A stretch of 64,000 nucleotides of DNA from Octopus sinensis (lineage: Eukaryota), in contig NC_043008.1 in assembly GCF_006345805.1 (NCBI RefSeq), forward strand, positions 21,204,001 to 21,268,000, in the 5' to 3' direction. Below the pieces are notes generated by a model. It was not told where the DNA came from. It did not search any database and saw nothing but the letters and a program-made list of their open reading frames with translations. This document shows, in pieces, positions 53,931 through 64,000 of this stretch (its first letter is position 1; every line of letters begins with the position of its first letter). A program made the position numbers and the translations under genes.

Positions 53931-54295
53931 ATGGAGGCAATGACCAAGACCTTTGGTATTATGTCATTCTTGAGAAGAAGGCCTATCAAGCTAAACAAAA
54001 TCACAGTCATGGCAGATACAGGTATCACACAAATTGGCATGTAAACACACCCCAGTGTTATGCAAATGGCACCTGTGCCGGTGGCACATAAAAGCACCCA
54101 TTACACTCAGAGTGAATGATGATGATGGTGATGATGATGATTGTCCTTGCCTTACTACAGTCCCATTTGCAGAGAGATGTCCCTTGTTGCCATTAGAGGG
54201 AACAACTTTCTACGTTTGTGAGACTGCCACTTATCTTAGCTAATATGTGTCCATATTAGGGAATTATTTAAATTATTTAAATTAATTAAATTCTA

Positions 54296-54329
<34 letters not shown>

Positions 54330-54539
54330 GATTTGGTTTGCAAGATTCTTTATATGAGTTCATGTGTTGAAGCATATTCTGTTGTGTCTGGGGAGAGTAA
54401 TTTTCTTTCTGTATTGAAAAGGTTGCAAGATGCAATGAAAATTTTAGGAAAATAAAGATAAGAAATAAGCGGAAATTTTACCAGTGAGTGTGTTAAATTA
54501 TAAGGCACAAAAAGAAAATGATTCTCTCTAGACACAACA

Positions 54540-54880
54540 GAATAATAATGAAATTATTGTGTATAGTGCTCAGGTGTACTACAACTCATCAAAGGTGCAT
54601 GTACAGTACATAGAATTATGTACAAAAGTCAGGAAGGCGAACAGTGTATGAGTCATGATATACATGTGTGCATGCGTATGGAGGGGGGATATCAGGTGTA
54701 GTGTTGACGAATTTCAGGAAGCATAGAGGTTTTAAAGGATGCAATGTCTCAGCAACTAACAACTGGTGCAAGTAGTTTGTACCATGCTTCAACAACTCTG
54801 AATGTGAAAAAATATATTTCTGAAAGTCATGGGAGCTGTGCTGTTTTATGACTTTGTAGGCATGCCCATTGTGTGTTAGA
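54540..54880 (-). mobile_element. CR1/L2-like LINE 3' end (same family as 2900-3201)
   Basis: Reverse complement homology including the tail. Confidence 0.7.
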
Positions 54881-55334
54881 CACATGGAGACCCAAAAGGT
54901 GCTCAAGGTGGTTTTTGGTGCGACGGTTAATAATTTTGTGGGTGTTTACTAAGTTTTGATAAATACGGCACCAGCTGGAAAACAGAAACTATGCAACTAG
55001 GTATTTTTCAGTGAATGATTATAAGAAATGTCTATAATAATTTGAACATTTCTGTGAAGACATTTCCTTGCTAGTGATAATGAATACCCCCAGATCACCA
55101 TGTTTGGGAGGGTTGATAGTGTAGAAATAGACAAGTGCACTTTTGCTGATCACTGAGACCCATTTAAGTGGTTTTATGTAATATGTAAATACATAACTTG
55201 GAGTGGTTGGCATTGGGAAGGGCATCCAGCTGTAGAAACCATGCCAAACCAAAGTGGAACTTGGTGCAGCTCTCCGGGTTACCAGTTCCAGTCAAACCAC
55301 ATAACCCATGTCCGCATGGAAAGCAAATGCTAAG

Positions 55335-55369
<35 letters not shown>

Positions 55370-55539
55370 TATGTGAAGGCATGTGGGCCGTCTTTTGGAC
55401 TGTTTGGCTTAGGGTCATAAGTTCATGAGTTCAATTCCTGCACTTGGGAGTGCACTGTGTGCTTGAGCGAGGCACTTCATTGCATCTGACCCATGCAAGC
55501 ATGGAAAAGTGAATGTTAAACACTGAATGATGATAAAGC

Positions 55540-55768
55540 AGAAGAAGAAGAAGAAGAAGAATATGATAATGACGATGGCGATGTTGATGATGATGATGAT
55601 GATGACGACAACAAAGAAGAAGAAGGGAAGAAGAAGAGGAAGAAGAAGATGATAATGATGATGACAACAAAGAAGAAGAAGAAGATGATGACGAAGAAGA
55701 AGATGATAATGATGATGGCGATGTTGATGATGATGATGATGATGACGACAACAAAGAAGAAGAAGAAG

Positions 55769-55810
<42 letters not shown>

Positions 55811-55831
55811 CGAAGAAGAAGAAGAAGAAGA

Positions 55832-55868
<37 letters not shown>

Positions 55869-55878
55869 TGATGATGAT
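55540..55878. repeat. Compound (GAA)n/(GAT)n/(TAA)n array with a higher-order internal duplication
   Basis: gatggcgatgttgatgat...gacgacaacaaagaagaag recurs at ~55570 and ~55710. Confidence 0.9.
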
Positions 55879-56643
55879 ATAGATTTTTCCATCATGAAAA
55901 ACTGTGTCCAATCTATTTGCAATGAACAACTCGTGTGAATTTGAATTTATGTTCTTTTGTCAATAGAGACAAAGTCTTCGAATCAGCTGAATTTGCACTC
56001 AAAACTGTGGGTTGCTATCAGCAAGAAAGTACAGCATTTTTTATATAAAGTTATGAATGGAAAATAGGAACAAAGCAGTTATTGAATTTCATGTTTAATA
56101 ATTGTGATTAATTTCACTCTTTACAGTTTTTTTTTTCTTTTTTTTTAAAAATCTAATTGCTACATTTACATTGGAATTTTATGCACTAAGTCAAAAGACA
56201 TTTTGAGTTCAGGTTGTTTGCACACAATGCACTGCGGTTCAATAATAAAAAAAAAGAAATTAAATTAGCATTTAGAAAATTTACTTGGCTTTTTTCATCT
56301 TCAAGCGTGATAAGGAATTTGTCGAGGGTGCAAAAATTAATCAAACATTACCCTGGAGATGCTGAGCATAGACAATGTTAGGCATCGCTATTGTAGATGT
56401 TCTCATAGTTGATCAACGCTGTTGCTCACTTTCAAGTAAACAATAGATAACAAAACTACAATAAATCACGTTGGTATCACTGTTTCAATCAGCTGCTGCA
56501 ACAAATATATCAGAATTAATGCTGTCAAATTTTTATTTAAGCGAGGACAACAAAGACCTAGTCACCTATATTAAAAGTGTACGTCTGAATCTCGTGAAAC
56601 GGTTAATGTATTGGTATTGGTTATAGCGTAAATGACAATTGTT

Positions 56644-57040
56644 TGTGTGTGTGTGTGTGGGGGGGTGCGTGTACTTGTGTATGTGTGGCTGTGTATATAT
56701 GCATGTATGTATACACACATGCATGCTGTCTGTCTATGTGTGTGTGTGCATATATATATGTATATATATATATATATATATACACACACATACATTTATA
56801 TATGTGTGTGTATATATGCACACACATATACGTGTAAGTGTATATATGTATATATATCTATATCTATCTATATATATATATATATATATACACACAGCAT
56901 GCGTGTATACATACATGCATATACATATAGCCACACATACACAAGTACACACACATACCCATCCACCCACACACACACATATATACACACAGACATATGC
57001 ATATATATGTGTGTACCCCCCCCACACACACACATACATA
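56644..57040. repeat. Foldback of low-complexity CA/TG sequence
   Basis: 56669-56729 is the approximate reverse complement of 56894-56950. Confidence 0.8.
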
Positions 57041-57194
57041 TGCATATCTATATAAATATTTATTTTTTGTTAGCAAAATTTACAAAGAGACTAAAGGACC
57101 AAGTGTTTCTTTGCATATAATATATATATAATCTTTCATAATGTCCTGTCTGTTAACAGTATTGTATGATGGTGTGTATGCATGCGCACATGAG

Positions 57195-60110
57195 AATGTG
57201 TATATATATATATATATATATGCATAAACGAATATGTGTGTATGTATGTGTGATCGTAATGTCTTTATCGCTCTGCTGTCCAACTTTCCTGGCATTAAAC
57301 TATTGTGGAACTCCGCAAACATTATTTTGCTTATGCATTCATTGATAATCAATGGAAAATGCTATTTCTTTTCATCTCACTTTGTCTCATCTTTTGAATA
57401 CTTTCTTCTGTAAACTGTCTGCTCTATTCGGTATCATTGGAAATGCTGTATGTGATAAAGCATGCTGGTATCATTAACAATGAATTGTGATGGCATATGT
57501 GATAACCGTGAAGTTCATTTCTCTTTCTCTCCTGCCTTATCTTCCCCCTCTCTCTCTCTGTCTTCATTTCTCTCTCTCTTAGTCTCACTGTCATTCTCTC
57601 TCTCTCTCTCTCGGTATATATAATGTTTATATATACTGAGAAGTAATGAAAGGTGTATATTGAATTATGGTTTAAAAATTTTTTCGTTTTTCTCTTTCTC
57701 TTTCCGCCAGATTGCCAGTCTTTCATGTTTCCTCTGTTGAAATTTTATACATTGGTAATTAAAGGATTAACTCATCCTTTCTCGTCTTCCAATAATTGCA
57801 TCCCAATTTCATCAAGCTTCTTAAGCTATCTATGTCCGAAATTTTCTGATCAGTGTGTTATAATGATACCTCTCCTTGACAAGTGGTTGACCCTCCAGGA
57901 TAGATTGTTAGATTGTGCATATTTTAAGTAGCTCAGCCATTGAATTAAGAACTGACACATTGCTAAGAAAATATTGATTAGTTTGCTTATGATGAATGAT
58001 GTGATATCGTTACACCACAGTGTGTAGATATACTGTACGGAATTTAGCTAATCAAATATATAGAGCCGACATACACTATCGTCATATACTAGATACGGCA
58101 TGTCTCCTTTGTAGCCCTTGTCTAATCTCCTTTTGCTTCACAGTCTATCATTTCTAGACTTGTAATCTCCGTTGTCTTACTCTTTTGATACCACCACACC
58201 TGAGACCAACCCTGGTACCAAGACATCACCACCACTGCCACTGTCTTTGTCCTTGTCATTTTAATGTACACTCATGGAGTGGTTGGCTTTAGGAAGGGCA
58301 TCCAGCTGTAGAAACACTGCCAAATCATACTGGAGCCTGGCGCAACCTCCCGGCTTCCCAGACCCCGGTCAAACCGTCCAACCCATGCTAGCATGGAAAA
58401 CGGATATTAAACGATGATGATGATGATGATGATGATTTCCATGCTCGGATGGGTCAGATGGAACTTATCAAGGCAGATCTTCTATGGCCAGGTGCTCTCT
58501 TCTCATCAACCCTCACCTATTTCCATATAAGGTAAAATTTCCCCCTGGCCAGACATGTTTTCACAGAATATTGGAAAAGAAAGGACAGTAACACTCATTT
58601 ATGATTATCATGCAATGTCAAAGCAAGGAGACAATAACACACATATACATATATATATATATATATATGCATAAACGAATATGTGTGTATGTATGTGTGA
58701 TCGTAATGTCTTTATCGCTCCACTGTCCAACTTTCCTGGCATTAAACTATTGTGGAACTCCGCAAACATTATTTTGCTTATGCATTCATTGATAATCAAT
58801 GGAAAATGCTATTTCTTTTCATCTCACTTTGTCTCATCTTTTGAATACTTTCTTCTGTAAACTGTCTGCTCTATTCGGTATCATTGGAAATGCTGTATGT
58901 GATAAAGCATGCTGGTATCATTAACAATGAATTGTGATGGCATATGTGATAACCGTGAAGTTCATTTCTCTTTCTCTCCTGCCTTATCTTCCCCCTCTCT
59001 CTCTCTGTCTTCATTTCTCTCTCTCTTAGTCTCACTGTCATTCTCTCTCTCTCTCTCTCGGTATATATAATGTTTATATATACTGAGAAGTAATGAAAGG
59101 TGTATATTGAATTATGGTTTAAAAAGATTTTTCGTTTTTCTCTTTCCGCCAGATTGCCAGTCTTTCATGTTTCCTCTGTTGAAATTTTATACATTGGTAA
59201 TTAAAGGGATTAACTCATCCTTTCTCGTCTTCCAATAATTGCATCCCAATTTCATCAAGCTTCTTAAGCTATCTATGTCCGAAATTTTCTGATCAGTGTG
59301 TTATAATGATACCTCTCCTTGACAAGTGGTTGACCCTCCAGGATAGATTGTTAGATTGTGCATATTTTAAGTAGCTCAGCCATTGAATTAAGAACTGACA
59401 CATTGCTAAGAAAATATTGATTAGTTTGCTTATGATGAATGATGTGATATCGTTACACCACAGTGTGTAGATATACTGTACGGAATTTAGCTAATCAAAT
59501 ATATAGAGCCGACATACACTATCGTCATATACTAGATACGGCATGTCTCCTTTGTAGCCCTTGTCTAATCTCCTTTTGCTTCACAGTCTATCATTTCTAG
59601 ACTTGTAATCTCCGTTGTCTTACTCTTTTGATACCACCACACCTGAGACCAACCCTGGTACCAAGACATCCCACCACTGCCACTGTCTTTGTCCTTGTCA
59701 TTTTAATGTACACTCATGGAGTGGTTGGCTTTAGGAAGGGCATCCAGCTGTAGAAACACTGCCAAATCATACTGGAGCCTGGCGCAACCTCCCGGCTTCC
59801 CAGACCCCGGTCAAACCGTCCAACCCATGCTAGCATGGAAAACGGATATTAAACGATGATGATGATGATGATGATGATTTCATGCTCGGATGGGTCAGAT
59901 GGAACTTATCAAGGCAGATCTTCTATGGCCAGGTGCTCTCTTCTCATCAACCCTCACCTATTTCCATATAAGGTAAATTTCCCCCTGGCCAGACATGTTT
60001 TCACAGAATATTGGAAAAGAAAGGACAGTAACACTCATTTATGATTATCATGCAATGTCAAAGCAAGGAGACAATAACACCACTATACATATATATATAT
60101 ATATAATATA
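57195..60110. repeat. Tandem duplication C, period ~1447 bp
   Basis: gcataaacgaatatgtgtg at 57222 and 58669; whole unit repeated. Confidence 0.95.
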
Positions 60111-60120
60111 TATATATACA

Positions 60121-60540
60121 TACTCTCTTTTCTCTTTACTCTTTTACTCTTTTACTTGTTTCAGTCATTTGACTGCGGCCATGCTGGAGCACCGCCTTTA
60201 GTTGAGCAAATCGACCCCGGAACTTATTCTTTGTAAGCCCAGTAATTATTCTATCGGTCTCTTTTGCCGAACCGCTAAATGATGGGGACGTAAACACACC
60301 AGCATCGGTTGTTAGGCAATGCTAGGGGGACAAACACAGACACACAAACACACACATACATATATATATATATACGACAGGCTTCTTTCAGTTTCCGTCT
60401 ACCAAATCCACTCACAAGGCATTGGTCGGCCCGGGGCTATAGCAGAAGACACTTGCCCAAGATGCCACGCAGTGGGACTGAACCCGAAACCATGTGGTTG
60501 GTTAGCAAGCTACTTACCACACAGCCACTCCTGCGCCTAT
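60121..60540 (-). mobile_element. tRNA-derived SINE family A
   Basis: Homology to other copies. Confidence 0.9.
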
Positions 60541-60755
60541 ACATGTATATGTATGATAGACTTCTTTTGGCTTCCATCTACCAAATCCATTCTTAAGGCT
60601 TTGGTTGACCCAGGGCTATGGTAGAAAGCACTTTTCTAAGGTATCACACACTAAGATTGAACCTGGAACTATGTAGTTGGGAAGCAGACTCCTCGTGACA
60701 TAGTCACACCTATCAAAATATCCCTTTGATTTATGTTCAAACCACCAGCTTAGTT

Positions 60756-60863
60756 CTACATTTAAGAGATGTGGAAATATGTACAAGGGCATATGGCGTA
60801 GTGGTTAAGAGTGTAGGCTACTAACCCCAAGATTCCAAGTTCCATATCCAGGCAGTGACCTGT

Positions 60864-60921
<58 letters not shown>

Positions 60922-61068
60922 TAATAACATTGAAAAATATCTTAGGAATGAGAACCCAGGTTCAAAGTTTCCCCAAGACACCTGATGAAGACTGGAGGGT
61001 ATATCAGCTAAAACGTGTTAACAACAAACGAGATTAGGACAAATATCTGTAAATAATGTAAATAATGT
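60756..61068 (+). mobile_element. tRNA-headed SINE family E with internal (AAT)n and a decayed hammerhead-like motif
   Basis: A box tggcgtagtgg (60794), B-box-like gttccatatcc (60839), CTGATGA at 60982; 12-bp TSD accagcttagtt (60744-60755, 61069-61080). Confidence 0.75.
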
Positions 61069-61810
61069 ACCAGCTTAGTTATTTTGCTAAATTTTTCAAT
61101 ATTTTCAAAATTAATTGAAACAAAAGCAGTTTATTCTTGACAACAGGGTTAAGTAGTTAGATACCATTAAGATTGTAGTGGGGAGGGAGGGATGGTTACT
61201 TCAGATTTTGGGGTATTTCACTATTATTTGTGGTTTGTATATCACAACAGTCTTTTTACATGCCAGGACTTTCAAAACTTTATTTTGTTTAATAAAAATG
61301 TGTATAATCTCCACAAATCTGACTATTCTACTCTCATCTTAATGAATTGAAATCTGAACAAGAGTTTATTTTTCCTAGTATGGTATATTCATAGTTATCT
61401 TTCTAAATCTTGGTGTGTCGGCTTTTGTTTGTTTAAACCATAGTTGAAAAAGTAAGTACTAGTAATGAGCTCATCGGTACTCCACCTGACATATTATTAG
61501 TTTGTCCAATATCATTGATGAAGACCAAGGACACCACCTTAAAATCTTTTCCGAGTTATACAGATTCAAAGGGCTGGTTTACAGGTTTCCATGGCGTACA
61601 TATCAACCCACTAGATGGGACGCTGGTCAGTTGCAGGATTACTCATTTTTGCCAGCTGAGTGGACTGGAGCAACGTAGAATGAAGGGTTTCGCTCAAGAG
61701 CACATGTCACCCAGTCCAGGAATTGATATCACAATCTTAGGATCATGACTCCAACACCATAACCACTAAACCACACACCTCGACATTCTTTGTAATAATA
61801 TTACCATCTA

Positions 61811-62283
61811 ATAGGTGCAGGAGTGGCTGTGTGGTAAGTAGCTTGCTTACCAACCACATGGTTCCGGGTTCAGTCCCACTGCGTGGCACCTTGGTCAAGT
61901 GTCTTCTGCTATAGCCCCGGGCCGACCAAAGCCTTGTGAGTGGATTTGGTAGATGGAAACTGAAAGAAGCCCGTCGTATATATGTATATATATATATATA
62001 TACACATATATATATCATCATCATCATCATCATCGTGTGTGTGTGTGTGTGTGTGTGTGCATGTATGTTTGTGTGTCTGTGTTTGTCCCCCTAGCATTGC
62101 TTGACAACTGATGCTGGTGTGTTTATGTCCCTGTCACTTAGCGGTTCGGCAAAAGAGACTGATAGAATAAGTACTGGGCTTACAAAGAATAAGTCCCGGG
62201 GTCGAGTTGCTCGATTAAAGGCGGTGCTCCAGCATGGCCACAGTCAAATGACTGAATCAAGTAAAAGGGAAAGTAAAAGAGAG
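61811..62283 (+). mobile_element. tRNA-derived SINE family A, full length
   Basis: Homology to other copies. Confidence 0.9.
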
Positions 62284-63424
62284 TAATTAACTTGAGGGTG
62301 GGTGGTAGGGAAAATGTAGTCGTTAAGGGAGAAATCATAAGCTCAGTAAATAATTAACTTGAGGATAAAAGTCATGTTACTTTCTAATTCACAACCATTA
62401 GTATTTAAGTTAATACTTAGAATCTAATTAATTGGATACTGATTCTGTTCTGTTTTTCCTGTAAACACTCTTTTTATTTTAAAACAATCTGAAGAATATT
62501 GAGTTATGTTTAGTGTTTAATGAGTGTTTAAAGGGCACCATTTGAGCGTGATCGTTACCAAAGTCGCCTTACTGGCACCTGTGCTGGGGGCATGTGTAAA
62601 AGGATTTGAGCCAGGTCATTGCCAGTACTGCCGGACTGGCCCCCTTGCCGGTGGCACATAAAAAGCACCCACTACACTCTCAGAGTGGTTGGCATTAGGA
62701 AGGGCATCCAGCTGTAGAAACTCTGCCAAATCAAGATTGGAGCCCAGGAGTCAAATGAGTTCACCCCGAAACACCTACAGAAGACTAGAGAGAAAGAGTT
62801 CAGAAATTAAATTTACATTTATTATAGATTTGCTTGTAAAAGGTCAGAATGGTCTGAAAGGAGTCAGTAGGTTGTTTGTAATATTAAAGGAGTTGTTTAA
62901 ACAAAAGGTTGGCCAAATGTAATGCTTCAGTGTGTCTTTAATATTTTATAGATCAAAGAATTTGTAGAGGATATATGTCAACCATGTATCTCCTCTGTAG
63001 CAAGGCATCTGTGCATGACCTTCTGTGATACTTTAAACCTCCCAACACATGGTATAAGGCCATTTCCCTGCCCCCATTCCCAACACTTAGATGAGGGAGC
63101 TTTTCCTTTTCTTGTTGTTTTCCTGTCTTGAAAGTTACTTGGTGACTCTACTAATGCTGGTGGCACAGAAAAAGTCACCAACTACACACTATAAAGGGGT
63201 TGGCATTTGGAAGGGCATCCAGCTACAGAAACCATGCCGAAGCTGACGTTGGAGCTTATTGCAGTCCTATGGCTCTCCAGATCTGGCCTAACCAACCAAC
63301 CTGTCAATGACAAAGTTAAAGAAAATACAGCCTCAACAATTATGGCACTTTGAATTCATTATTCGTGGCAGTTACGTAAGAAGCAATGCAACCTGTACAT
63401 AAAAAAAGTCAACATGTTTTGATG

Positions 63425-63957
63425 ACTGGCGTTCGTGCTAGCAGGGTGCAAAGAGCACCATCTGAGCGTGATCATTGACAGAGCGGCTAACCGGCTTCCG
63501 TGCCAGTGGAATTTAAAGGGCACCATTCGAGTGTGATCGTTACCAGCGTCGCCTTACTGGCACTTGTGCCCGTGTTAGTAGGGTGCCAAGAGCACCATCT
63601 GTGTGTGATCGTTGCCAGAGCAGCGAACTGGCTTCCGTGCCAGTGGCGCGTAAAAGGGCACCATTCAAGCGTGATCGTTACCAGCATCGCCTTACTGGCA
63701 CCTGTGCTGGAGGCATGTGTAAAAGGATTTGAGCCAGGTCGTTGCCAGTACCGCATGATTGGCCCCCCGTGCCGGTGGCATGTAAAAAGCACCCACTACA
63801 CGCTCAGAGTGGTTGGCGTTAGGAAGGGCATCCAGCTGTAAAAACTCTGCCAAATCAAGATTGGAGCCTGGTGCAGCCATATGGTTCGCCAGCCCTCAGT
63901 CAAAATCGTCCAACCCATGCTAACATGGAAAGCGGACTTTAAACAATGATGATGATG
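63425..63957 (+). mobile_element. RTE-type 3' region with an internal ~125-bp duplication and (GAT)n tail
   Basis: agagcaccatctg..gtgatc and aagggcaccattc..gtgatcgttaccagc each occur twice; shorter relative at 62520-62750. Confidence 0.75.
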
Positions 63958-64000
63958 TTCTGATAGGTTATATATTGAGTTGATTCAGTTATGAAATGGA

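Overview
AT-rich, repeat-dense eukaryotic genomic DNA. The SINE, LINE and microsatellite content resembles an octopus (coleoid cephalopod) genome; this is an inference from recalled repeat families, not a database result. No complete protein-coding gene is present. The only long real ORF is a 5'-truncated CR1-type LINE reverse transcriptase (7128-8718, one premature stop) nested in a SINE. A clean phase 0-0 Ser/Thr-rich exon (40460-40690, duplicated at 42002-42232) suggests much of the window is intronic to a large plus-strand gene that I cannot name. The rest is tRNA-derived SINEs (at least 5 families), RTE/CR1 remnants, Tc1/mariner, hAT, piggyBac and pogo MITEs, four non-autonomous Helitrons, minisatellites, and three 1.3-1.5 kb tandem duplications that break in (TA)n tracts. 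The most interesting signal is a set of seven minimal type-I hammerhead-ribozyme-like motifs in small retroelements. These include a 200-bp TSD-flanked element with perfect stems and a compensatory G3:C8 core swap (13193-13243, minus strand) and a tRNA-headed SINE carrying a decayed hammerhead (60756-61068). Most ORFs in the supplied track are microsatellite or SINE artefacts.
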